The notes under the pieces are model-generated. The model saw only the letters and a program-made list of their open reading frames with translations. It ran no database searches and was not told the origin of the DNA. A program made the translations under genes and the position numbers. From an uncultured Actinomycetes bacterium (lineage in GTDB: Bacteria > Actinomycetota > Thermoleophilia > RBG-16-64-13), in NCBI GenBank assembly GCA_963841735.1, contig CAWJDT010000003.1, positions 1 to 64,000 of the forward strand: a DNA stretch of 64,000 nt. The letters are read 5' to 3'. Numbering within the stretch: the first letter of the stretch is position 1; each line of letters starts with the position of its first letter. Below, one piece after another: positions 1-12,180 of this stretch.

Positions 1-3000
1 GGGAGTCATAGGTCAAGGTATTGTCCTTCACCGTGTTCCCGCCGACAGTCTGGGTCTCGCGGTTGGCCCGAGCGAAGTAGTCGTAGGTGAGCGTGGTCAC
101 GCGATTCTCGGCCGATTCGCTCTTGCTGAGCAGCAATCCGGAAGGGGCGTAGGTGTAGGTGGTCGCATGTCCGGCGGTGGTATCCGTGAGTGTGCGGCCG
201 GCGTTGTCAAAGACGTAGGCGGAGGTGAAACCGTCGGCGTCTACTATCTTGAGCTTCCAGCCCAGAGTGTTGTAGGTGAAGTGGGAGGTGTTTGCCGAAG
301 TGTTATCCGCATCGGGCCCGGCCGTGAGGCACCGTCCCAAGAGATCGTAGGTGAAATCGGTCACAAAACCGTTGCCGTTGGTGGAAGACTCGCAGCGACC
401 TCCCTCGTCATAGCTGGCGCTGGTGGTGGCGTTGTTGGAGTTGAGGGTGGCGATCACATTCCCGGCCGCATCATAGGTGGACTGGGCCCAGGTGCCGTCC
501 GGGTTGGTCTGCCGAAGCAGGCGGTTGTCGTCGGTGTAGGTGTAGGTGGTGAACCCATCGCCGGGGCCGGCGCTTCTTTGTTTGCGCCCCAGAGCATCGT
601 AAGCCGGGTTGTTGCTCGCGTCTAGGACCCGAGCCGCCCTGGCCAGGTCGTAGCTTGTGGCGCAAGCCCCTTCCGCCCAACTCGCGACCACGTTGCCACG
701 GGCATCGTAGGCCGAGAGGGCAGGCTTCCCGCCAACGGTGGTGTTGTCCGAGCTGATCTGCCGGCCCAGGCCGTCGTAGACGAGGGTGGTCGTGCTTTGC
801 GGCGTGCCGCTGGGGGGCGGCGAGCTGAAGAGCCAGCGCTTGACCACGCTCGCCCGCCCGGACCGGTCAAAGACCGTGGTGGTCCAGTTGGTTTTGGTGC
901 CGGAAGAGTCGTTGGTCGAGGTGACATACGACTCGGTCTCATGGCCCCAGGGGTCATAGGAGTGCCAGGCCTTGACCTGAGTGGAGGTGGCGGTACCCAC
1001 CGTGGCCGTAAACTGAGGCCCCATGGAGGTAAGCAAGCGCCCGGCCAGGTCGTATGTGTTGGTCTGGGTCTGTACCCCAGCCGAGTCGATGGCGGAGAGC
1101 AGGTTGCCGAAGGCATCGTACGCGCGGCTCACCGTGAGGTTGCCAGGGTTCGCCAGCTCGGCCTCGGAGCGGGCCACGTCCCAGTTGACGCTTTGTAGGG
1201 GCTGGCCGTTCGGTGCGTACTCGCCGGCGTTGTAGTCGGTGATGGCCCAGACCCCGGTCTCCCACACTTTCTGCTGCCAGACGCCCGCAGTCGTAGACTC
1301 GTTGTAGAGATCGACCAATACCCCAGCCCCCTCATCCAGGGTCACCCGGGCCAGTCCGTAGGAGCACCAGCGTTGTCCAATCCAGGCGAGCGAGGTGCCA
1401 TAGAAGGGAACGGTAACCGAACCGCCAGCGGCATATGTGTAGCCGAAGGTTCCCCCAGAGGCCCTGCTATCCCACGCATTCAGGGTCCAGGTGCCGGCAT
1501 ACGTGCTCCCAGTCGGGAGATTGTACTGCTCCTGCTCATAGCGAGCGGGGCTCTGGCCGAGCGCGGCTACGACGTCGACGGCATCCAGGCCGACCGTGGT
1601 GCCCACGGCGGCCGGGTTCTTAGTACCCGTGTGTTCGATCTTAACGGTGTGGTCGCCCAAGGGAAGCGCTTCGTCAATCAGCTTGCGCTCCTGAACCAGG
1701 GCGCCGTGCATGGTGGCCCCTGAAGCCGTAACCACGTCGGCGTAGGTGTACTGGGTCTCAGCCCATTCGTCTTCGGCCTCATTGACCAGGGTGCGCAGCC
1801 GCAGCAAGTTGCCCTTGTCGTCTAAGAAGGTCTCGGTCACCTGGCCGTTCGGGCCGGTTACCCTTTTGGGGATGTCGCGGCCGGGATCGGGATTCAGATC
1901 GCGGGTGTAGTAGATGACCAGATGCGCGCCGGCGCCACTCTTCTTGTCGTAGGTGTTAAGCAGATTGCCGTTCGGGAGAAACGGGGTGCCGTCGTCGGCC
2001 CACACCACGCACATGGCGTTGCCCTTGGCCCAACCCGCGCGATCGATCACTTCCTGAACCGAGGCCTTGAGATCAGGCGAGGCCACCCACTTGCCCGCCT
2101 TCCACTCGGTGGTGGTGGGACGCCAGTCGGCGACAAAGGCGCTCGTCATACGCCCTGAGGCCACCCAGACCGGATCATGCGTGCCCTGGACCCACTCCCC
2201 GGGGTTATCGGCGTCTTCCAGGCCCAGCTTGGTCTCAAGAAGGGCGGGGTTGCCGGTGGGACTGTCATAGGCGGCCACATACAGGGTCGCATAAGTGATG
2301 GTGGCGTCTTTGGGCACCTGGATGTTGGTGAAACGCCAACCGGCCTTGTCGATGGCCGAACCATGACCGATGGCCTGATAGGGGTAGGTGGTCTTGTATA
2401 GGTTGGTGCCCGCGTTGTAGCAGTCTTGAGCATCAGCCGAGACCTGCACGTCTACGAATCCGGGCACCCCCGGGTCCTTGTCCGGGTATTCGTAGGTGGT
2501 CTCGTGACCTGCCTCATCGATCTCTTTGGTGAGGTTGCCGCGGTTGTTGTACTCCCAGTACTTGGTCTTACTCAGCGGCGAGGTCTCGGAGAGCTGCAGG
2601 TTGGTGTATTGGGAGTAGGTGTAAGACCAGGTCTGAGTCGCCTCTGAGGCGGTCTTGGGATTGGTCTTGGTGGCCATGGTGCCGGAGGCGTTCCAAGTGA
2701 AAGTCTGGGTAAGAGCTGTCTGCGCCGCCCCGGCGATCGCACTGGCTGAGTAGATGGTGCCGTGGGCGGTGATGGTGGCGCTCCCCGCCGGCACGTCATA
2801 GCTGATATTAGTCTTGGCATCAGAGTTGCCGGGGTGGTCGGGATCGTAGTCGGGATCGTACTCGGGATACCTCACCTCGGTCGGCTTCCCAGTGGTATCA
2901 AAGACGAACTTTTCGGTCGAGTCGCCAAGCGCGGTGAAGCCGCCTGCCTTAAGCTCGGTGAGGCGGTTAGAGGCGTAGGAGTAGGTGACCGTCCGCGTCA

Positions 3001-6000
3001 GACCGGTGACCCCGGGAAAGTAGGTGACGGTCCAGGGAGCGGCGGCGGAGAAGATGAGCGAGCGGGTCTGGCCCCCAGCCATGTAGCTCGCCTGGGTCAA
3101 CTTGCTGCCGCTCCAGGTCAGATCGATGATCTGCCCGTTGGCCGCGGTGATCTTGTCCAAGATAGTGCCGGCCCACGTATAGGTGACGGTGTTCTCGTTG
3201 GGGTCGGCTTCGCTTAGCAGTTTGCCGGTGGAATCAAAGACCAGGGTGTTTCCGGCCGGAGCGTTCAGTTTCCAATTGGTCCCGTCAGCTCGCAGGCTGG
3301 CCACGAATCCCGGCTGCGGCAGCCACTGGCTGCCGTTCTTAAGGAATATGTAGGTCTCGCCGGCCCCGTCGATGTAGTTGATGCGTCCCCCGGAGTCCTT
3401 GAGGGAGAGATCGAGCTTCTGCTCGAACGAGAAGCGCCAACCGGGGGCGAAGAAGCCCGCGGTTCCGCGGGCCGAAGAGTAGTGACGCGAAAGGGCCGCC
3501 CCAGGACCGAAGGAGGCGATGGCCTGATCGGTGATTTCGATCTCCAGGCGGGACTCATCTAGAACCGCGGTGGACGAGTGGCCGGCGAAACTGCCCAAGT
3601 CGTAAGTGGTGTGCCTAACCGCGGATGGTATCCAGAGATTGGAGTTCTGGTCTTGGCTCCATAGATCGGGCAGGGCCACATAGTCCAAGCGATCAAGGGA
3701 ACCGTAGTTGGCCTCCAGCTTGCCCTGGGCGACCGAATGCATGAGCTGCCCATTGGTGAGGAGCAGGACGCCCCCGTCCTTGGCCAGGTAGGAGCCCAGA
3801 GCCAGGGCGTCCGGGTAGTTGGTCCCGGTAGCCAGACCGGTGTGGGCATACGAACAACCGAAGTTGGCGACCGCTTGGTCGGCAATCAACCCGGCCAGGG
3901 TGTAGTTGTCGGTGCCGAGGGCGCCGATGCTGGTAATGGTGCCGGTTATGCCGGTAAGAGCAGTGGTGGTCCCCACCCGGATGGCGCTGTTTACCCCCAG
4001 CTGGTTCTTGTAGCAGTTGTAAGTGGTCGATTCGACCGTAAGGCCGTCTCGGGGGGTAAGCAGGACAGGCCAGCCGTTCTTAGCCGCCAGCGACGTCGCC
4101 AGAACGCCGGAGAAGTCGGCGTTCGCGCCCCCGTAGTTGCCGTCCGGGACGATGACCACCTTGCTGGGCGTGCCGGTCAGAGCCTTGATCTGGACCGCCA
4201 CCTTGGCGGCAGTGTCGTAGCGGTTTATGCCGGTGAGTTGAGTGACCTGAGTGCTGGGCAGCGCATGCTGTACCTGCATCATCACGGTGCTGTAAAGCCC
4301 CACCACGAACACCCGGGCGGGCTTCAGGCGCCAAAGCTCCGCCTCTACCCGGGGGTCAAGACCGCTCAATGGGGTGAGAAGCACCGGACCGCCATAGACC
4401 TTGGCCAGAGGTGCGGCTGAAAGCGCATCCACGAAGTTGTCACCGGGAACGATAACCACTACCGGGGCGGTGTCCGGATAGGCTGCCTTGGACATGCGCA
4501 GAGCGGTGTCGTAGCTGTCGGATCCGTGGAAGAAGTCGGCCCGGTAGGGCTCATACGGGAGGCTGGTGCCGGAGACGCTACTCCCCAAGGCCCCATGGGG
4601 AAGACTTATGGGAAGCGCCGTCACCCCGGAGAGGTCTACGTTGGTCATGGTGAAGTTGGTGAGGTTGGTGTCCCCTGAGACGCCATATTTGGTGCTCGAA
4701 TCCGCCCCACCTCCCAGGGTAAGCCCAGAGAGGGTGATGCCGCTCCCGCCGGCAGAACCGACGCGGATGCCGTTGCCGCCCGCGGGCAGACGCAGGTAGA
4801 AGTCCTTAAGAGTGACGTTGCCCACCGCGGAAGAATCGCCCAGAAGGACCATATCGGTAAAGGGCTGGTCTGGAGAGGGGTTGGGAAGTAGCACGGTCGA
4901 GCTGCCATCGCCGCGCAGGACGATCTTGCTATCGGCGGCGCCTTCTAGGTGAAGCCCAGAGAGGTAGTAGTCGCCGGCCGGGATCTTAACCACGCCCCCA
5001 CCATCATCCACTGCGTTGATGGCATCCTGGAAGGCATCGGTGTCGTCATAACTTCCCGGATCGGCGGGGTCGTGCGGGTTCGCCGGGCTGTCGGTGCCAA
5101 CGGCGCCGTAGGCAGTCACATCCTCGGGCTCGGTGTAGTAGATACTCAGCCTGGGACGGTAGTCAAAGGTAGTAGACTCCCTGCTGTCCAGCCTGCGATA
5201 GTGCAGATATTCGCCCCCTTCGGTATAGACCACAAACCCGTAATTGGGGGTGCCGTTGGCCCATGACTGCACGACCTCGGCAAAGTTGAAGCTGAAGTAC
5301 TGAGGAGTCTGACACAACTCAGGAGTCTGACCGGTCGACCACACATACTTGGCGTAGGGCAGGTCGTAACCCGTGCCGATGGAGTTATACGTGGACGATT
5401 CCGTCCAGCTTCGGGTCATCTGAGCCACCCGCACCTCGCGAGGCCCCGTGGCCCACTGGTAGACCTGGTGAAGCTGCAGGATCGCGCCCTGGATATAGGA
5501 GTTGAGGACATCGGAAGGCACGTCGAAATAGACCAGTGCGCGACTGCGACCGGTAGTTGAGTCAGCATAGCCCACACGCATCTCGGTGCTCGATCCGTAA
5601 CTAGAATTCGGATAGTTGTCGCGGACGTAGGTGTCCCTCACGGCGTGCTGACAATAGATGGAGGGATCGACCATGACCGGAAAGCAGCGAGCCTGGTCGG
5701 CAAGCCACTTCTCGGGCACGGTGATGGTCACCGTGCTCTGGCCCTTGCCCGGGGTGACCTTCATGGTGGCATCCGCGCAAGAGGCCGGCTCCCCGATCTC
5801 GTTCACAGAGGAGTCGTAAACGTCAAGGCCCCCGAGCACAAAGACCGGAGGCAATTCGATCAGGCGGTAGAGACCCCAAGTGCCGGTCTGGTCTTTCCAA
5901 AGAGTGAGGCCGGGGTGGCTTAGGGTGAAGGTGTAGGTACTGGGAGAGTCGGCCGAGAGCAGCCAGATGTTCTCCTTGAGGCCGTCGCCCAGGACTTCGT

Positions 6001-6523
6001 AGGAAAGAACGATGTTGGAGGGGGCCGACCGATAGAAAGCCTTGCTGCCGGCGATGACCGGGGCCGTCAGTCTCGTGTCCTTGAGAGCCATGCCCAGTTT
6101 GGCCCCGTCTGACCCCAGGGTGACGAGATCAGCAGAGAGCGCCGGCGACGAGACGGTCAGATCGAATGAGGTACCGGCCGACGCGTACCTGCCCTCCGTC
6201 CCGGTGGTGACCAGGTTGGTGTCTATCTCCCGCCAGGCGCCGGCTTCATCCTGATAGTTGACGGCCCCGTCGAAGACCTCGGCCTTCAGGCGCCCGTCTT
6301 TCAGAAGGAAGGTGCGGGAGCTCTCGGTGCGCTTCTCGACGAGCTCTCGCACTACGTCGGGGTCAGTGGAGACCACAGGGGTGACGCCCGGTGCTGCGAC
6401 CTTGGCCGCCGCCTGCTGCCCTTCCGCTGTTGCTGGGGAAGCTGAACCCACGGCAAAGACAAGCACAAGAAGAACAAGTAGAAGAACCGAAGCAAGCGAA
6501 GCAAAGCGGTGAGCGCGGTACAT
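1..6523 (-). CDS. Large secreted RHS/YD-repeat (WapA-like) multidomain protein; C-terminus lies beyond the window edge
   Basis: Manual translation from ATG 6523 (G-rich SD) stays in frame to the edge. Features in order: signal peptide MYRAHRFASLASVLLLVLLVLVFAVGSASPATA; WapA-like RELVEKRTESSRTF..WREIDTNL; DNRLRE-like DTYVRDNYPN..RSRALVYFD; beta-helix start DVTAYGAVG..DDTDAFQDAI; three CWB2 repeats; DUF6531-like LSRHYSS..FAPGWRFSFEQ; many YDxxGR/YDxxGN repeats. Absent from the ORF track because it has no stop in the window. Confidence 0.92.
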   Translation of the reverse strand, partial: MYRAHRFASLASVLLLVLLVLVFAVGSASPATAEGQQAAAKVAAPGVTPVVSTDPDVVRELVEKRTESSRTFLLKDGRLKAEVFDGAVNYQDEAGAWREIDTNLVTTGTEGRYASAGTSFDLTVSSPALSADLVTLGSDGAKLGMALKDTRLTAPVIAGSKAFYRSAPSNIVLSYEVLGDGLKENIWLLSADSPSTYTFTLSHPGLTLWKDQTGTWGLYRLIELPPVFVLGGLDVYDSSVNEIGEPASCADATMKVTPGKGQSTVTITVPEKWLADQARCFPVMVDPSIYCQHAVRDTYVRDNYPNSSYGSSTEMRVGYADSTTGRSRALVYFDVPSDVLNSYIQGAILQLHQVYQWATGPREVRVAQMTRSWTESSTYNSIGTGYDLPYAKYVWSTGQTPELCQTPQYFSFNFAEVVQSWANGTPNYGFVVYTEGGEYLHYRRLDSRESTTFDYRPRLSIYYTEPEDVTAYGAVGTDSPANPHDPADPGSYDDTDAFQDAINAVDDGGGVVKIPAGDYYLSGLHLEGAADSKIVLRGDGSSTVLLPNPSPDQPFTDMVLLGDSSAVGNVTLKDFYLRLPAGGNGIRVGSAGGSGITLSGLTLGGGADSSTKYGVSGDTNLTNFTMTNVDLSGVTALPISLPHGALGSSVSGTSLPYEPYRADFFHGSDSYDTALRMSKAAYPDTAPVVVIVPGDNFVDALSAAPLAKVYGGPVLLTPLSGLDPRVEAELWRLKPARVFVVGLYSTVMMQVQHALPSTQVTQLTGINRYDTAAKVAVQIKALTGTPSKVVIVPDGNYGGANADFSGVLATSLAAKNGWPVLLTPRDGLTVESTTYNCYKNQLGVNSAIRVGTTTALTGITGTITSIGALGTDNYTLAGLIADQAVANFGCSYAHTGLATGTNYPDALALGSYLAKDGGVLLLTNGQLMHSVAQGKLEANYGSLDRLDYVALPDLWSQDQNSNLWIPSAVRHTTYDLGSFAGHSSTAVLDESRLEIEITDQAIASFGPGAALSRHYSSARGTAGFFAPGWRFSFEQKLDLSLKDSGGRINYIDGAGETYIFLKNGSQWLPQPGFVASLRADGTNWKLNAPAGNTLVFDSTGKLLSEADPNENTVTYTWAGTILDKITAANGQIIDLTWSGSKLTQASYMAGGQTRSLIFSAAAPWTVTYFPGVTGLTRTVTYSYASNRLTELKAGGFTALGDSTEKFVFDTTGKPTEVRYPEYDPDYDPDHPGNSDAKTNISYDVPAGSATITAHGTIYSASAIAGAAQTALTQTFTWNASGTMATKTNPKTASEATQTWSYTYSQYTNLQLSETSPLSKTKYWEYNNRGNLTKEIDEAGHETTYEYPDKDPGVPGFVDVQVSADAQDCYNAGTNLYKTTYPYQAIGHGSAIDKAGWRFTNIQVPKDATITYATLYVAAYDSPTGNPALLETKLGLEDADNPGEWVQGTHDPVWVASGRMTSAFVADWRPTTTEWKAGKWVASPDLKASVQEVIDRAGWAKGNAMCVVWADDGTPFLPNGNLLNTYDKKSGAGAHLVIYYTRDLNPDPGRDIPKRVTGPNGQVTETFLDDKGNLLRLRTLVNEAEDEWAETQYTYADVVTASGATMHGALVQERKLIDEALPLGDHTVKIEHTGTKNPAAVGTTVGLDAVDVVAALGQSPARYEQEQYNLPTGSTYAGTWTLNAWDSRASGGTFGYTYAAGGSVTVPFYGTSLAWIGQRWCSYGLARVTLDEGAGVLVDLYNESTTAGVWQQKVWETGVWAITDYNAGEYAPNGQPLQSVNWDVARSEAELANPGNLTVSRAYDAFGNLLSAIDSAGVQTQTNTYDLAGRLLTSMGPQFTATVGTATSTQVKAWHSYDPWGHETESYVTSTNDSSGTKTNWTTTVFDRSGRASVVKRWLFSSPPPSGTPQSTTTLVYDGLGRQISSDNTTVGGKPALSAYDARGNVVASWAEGACATSYDLARAARVLDASNNPAYDALGRKQRSAGPGDGFTTYTYTDDNRLLRQTNPDGTWAQSTYDAAGNVIATLNSNNATTSASYDEGGRCESSTNGNGFVTDFTYDLLGRCLTAGPDADNTSANTSHFTYNTLGWKLKIVDADGFTSAYVFDNAGRTLTDTTAGHATTYTYAPSGLLLSKSESAENRVTTLTYDYFARANRETQTVGGNTVKDNTLTYDS

Positions 6524-6629
6524 GTTCCCCCCCAAGTCAGAAACGACACAGAATCCCAGGCTGCGCCGCGCACCCGACCGCGAACAAGCGGCCGACCGTG
6601 CGCTGGCGACGTTTCAAACGCCGCCCTGC

Positions 6630-6658
6630 AAAATAATGCAAGGGGTCCGAGTTGTCAA
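6630..6658 (-). promoter_or_regulatory. Sigma70/SigA-type promoter of the RHS gene
   Basis: TTGACA (6658-6653), 17-bp spacer, TATTTT (6635-6630), about 105 bp upstream of the ATG. Confidence 0.6.
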
Positions 6659-6738
6659 ACGGTTTGTTGGCAGACCGCTCACAGTGCCCCTGGACGCGGC
6701 TCGCCGCACGCCCCGCCCGACTCGGCTCCGCTGAACTC

Positions 6739-9230
<2,492 letters not shown>

Positions 9231-9250
<20 letters not shown>

Positions 9251-10079
9251 CGAGCCTTACCGGATCGCAGGCCGACTCCGAGGCAGGAAGCGGGCGCTCC
9301 GGGCGGTGATTGGCAACGGGGCCACTTGACTCAAGGGTGCCGAGACCCCCCGGCTGACCGCCGAGATTCTCGCGCGGCTTGCGAAGCTCCTCTAGTTCGT
9401 TCTCCAGTTGCACCACCCTACGCACCAGGCATTTCATGGCCTCGGCAACCGGGTCGGGCAGATGGGTGTAGTCGATGTCGGGAATGCCCACCCTAAGCCC
9501 ATCGCTGATTACCGGCCGGCCGGGGTTGCCCACCACGGTTGTCTCGGAAGGCACGTTCTGCACGACCACACTGCCCGCGCCGATGCGCACGTTGTCGCCC
9601 ACTGTGATGGAGCCCAGCAGCTGCGAGGCCGCCCCGATTACCACGTTGTCGCCCACTGTGGGGTGCCGCTTGCCCGTCTGCTTGCCGGTGCCGCCAAGAG
9701 TCACGCCCTGGTAGACGGTGACGTTGTCGCCCACCTCGGCGGTCTCGCCGATGACCACTCCGGCCCCGTGGTCGATGAAGAAGCCCTCGCCCAGAGTGGC
9801 TCCCGGGTGTATCTCGATGCCGGTGACAAACCGCCCCATCTGAGAGATGATCCGGGGCAATACCGGCATGTCCCGCTTCCACAAGGCGTGCGCCGCCCGG
9901 TGGAACCACAGCGCGTGCAGCCCGGGATAGCAGGTGAGGATCTCCAGGATGTTGCGAGCAGCCGGGTCGCGCTCCCGAATGGCCTTGATGTCCTGAGCCA
10001 AAACGGCAGCAAGGTCGCTGCCGGCGCCGACCACACGCTGAAGCCCAGTAGCTGCCGCCGACAAGGCAGTGCCGACCAT
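9231..10079 (-). CDS. cysE: Serine O-acetyltransferase
   Basis: [42 protein letters not shown] hexapeptide region; start uncertain (10079 or ~10131). Confidence 0.93.
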
Positions 10080-10127
10080 CGGCCGGGTCTCGGTCGATGT
10101 GGTCGCTGCAATCTCCAGCCGGTGTGT

Positions 10128-10990
10128 TCACGCTTCCTCCTCTGGAGCGGCTCCCCGAGAGTTCCCGGGCAGCAGGACCTCGTTCAGGCTCCCGCTTCGA
10201 AAACCCTCGAGATCCAAGGCCACGTATTTGTAGCCCAAGCCGCTTAGACGACTTACGATAGCACGGCGGGCGGACTCCTCCGCGGCCCGGGCAACGTCCT
10301 TGCGCTCGACCTCGATGCGCGCCAGGTTGCCGTGATGGCGCACACGCACGCTTCCCAGACCCAATATCCTTGAGGTACCTCTCCGCTTCGTCCACCATGC
10401 GCAGAGCGTCCGCTGTGATGGACTCCCCGTAGGGGAAACGCGAAGCGAGACAAGGCGAGGCGGGCCGGTCCCACTCCGCCACACCCAAATCCCGCGCAAG
10501 CGCCCTGACTTCCGGCTTGCCCAGCCCCGCTTCGGCCAAGGGGCTGCGCACTCCCAGAGCCGCCGCAGCTTGGAGCCCGGGACGGTAGTCACCCGAGTCG
10601 TCACGGTTGGCCCCGTCGATCACGGTCTTCAGCCCCTCAGCGCGGGCGATGGCCACCAGTTCTGGTAGAGGAAGGTTTTGCAGAGAAAGCACCGCTCGGG
10701 AGGATTGGCGACGAAGCCCGGCACCGCCAATTCGTTGGTGGTGATGACCTCATGTCGCGCCCCCATGCGCGCGGCCGCTTCGCGGGCCGCGCCCAACTCC
10801 CCCGCCGTGTGCACGTCACCGTGCGCGGTGACCGCCAGGACAGCCCCAGGTCCTAGCTCGTCGAGCGCCACCTTCAGCAAGGTGCCGAGTCGACGCCGCC
10901 CGAGAAGGCCACCAGCACCGGCGCCAACTCACGCAGAAGCCCACGCAGGCGGGTGACAGCCGCGAGGTCGACAGTGACGGACGGGCTCAC
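10128..10990 (-). CDS. larE: LarE-family ATP-dependent sulfur transferase (frameshifted)
   Basis: VAFSGGVDS PP-loop, NPPERCFLCK, DGANRDD..DYRPG, PASPCLASRFPYG, VRVRHHG..ARIE, LDLEGFRSGSLN; GTG start overlaps the upstream TGA. Confidence 0.88.
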
Positions 10991-12180
10991 ACCGTCCCTC
11001 CAGGCGCCTCGGGTACCGCAGGGTCCATCCGACCTCCTAGTCGCCCGTGGTCGCCCCACCAGAGCTGGGCGGCACAAAATCGGCCCCCACTACCACCAAG
11101 ATGGTGCCCAGGTCCTGGTTCTCGTCCTCGGACAACTTCCCTACCCCGAGAGTAGCCTGTACCCGCTCGGCGTCCGCAGCCACGTCGCGGCGCCGCGGTG
11201 ATGCGGGTCTCGAGCACGTCGGGAAAGTCATCGGAGTTGCCCACCTGTGGGACTGTGTAGCCGAGCGCCTGCAGCATCGCAGCCGCGGACTCAGCCACGC
11301 CGATCGCTCCCGAGCCGTTCAGCACCTCGATCTTGATGGTCGATTCCCTGGTGCTACCTCCCAAGAGAGCCCGGGCTTCCTCAGCGTCGGGCTCCAGATA
11401 CTTGAACCCGATGCCCTCAGCCAACGACCCACTGAGAGCCACGGCCGACCAGCCCACCCGAAGCGACTTCGACATTCGCGGCCACCGCCTCGCGAAAGCC
11501 GGCGCCATCTCCGGATAGCGAGAACGACTCCCAGGCCTGCGCACCCGGCTCTGAATCGGCACTCCCCAAGAACTCAAGCGCCACGCGGGCCACCGACTCG
11601 GCTTCAGCGCCCTCCATGCTCAGCGCCACCGCGGGAACTTCGGTGAGGCCGGCACTCAACATGGCGTCGCGCAGCTCCGGCCACTTGACGGTCGCCGACA
11701 GGGCCCACGGCCACCCCAAAAGCTTCGGCCAGGGCGCTCTGCAAGGCCCCGGCCTTCGCCCGAATCACGAAGCTCGGCGATAGTCTTGAAGCCCGCCGCC
11801 GTCTTGAGGAGGGTGATTCCGGGAATGGCCATCACCACACCGCTCCCTCCGCTGGGATGCACAAGAATCACTTCGGGCACGCCGTCTGCCTGCTCAAGCA
11901 CCAACAAGGCCACTCCCCACCTTGGGCCCGACCGCAGAGCGTGGTGGGCGTTGCCCTGAGCAGGGTCATCGCCGCCTCCGCCCCCGAACGCTATCAGCAG
12001 AACGACGACGATCGCCAGCAGAGCCGCCACGGGAACGACGGCCCGCCACATCTTGGTGGTCGCTTGGCGACGGCGCACCGCCCGCTTGGCAGTCCTCCGC
12101 TCCAGGCGAGAGCGATATCCCAACTCCTCCCGGCGCCTCTCGGCCGAGCTGGAGCGGTCGTTCCTTGGGACCTCACTCAC
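10987..12180 (-). CDS. Membrane-anchored LCP-like protein with LytR C-terminal domain (frameshifted)
   Basis: Basic N-terminus plus one TM helix, then IKIEVLNGSGAIGVAESAAAML..G..VGNS and ILVVVGADF (LytR_C signature); AAGGAG SD before GTG 12180. Confidence 0.75.

Noticed and set aside
167-6512. Many short ORF-track entries on both strands over the first 6.5 kb
   Set aside because: They are shadow ORFs of the single minus-strand RHS gene, which occupies a frame not listed in the track.
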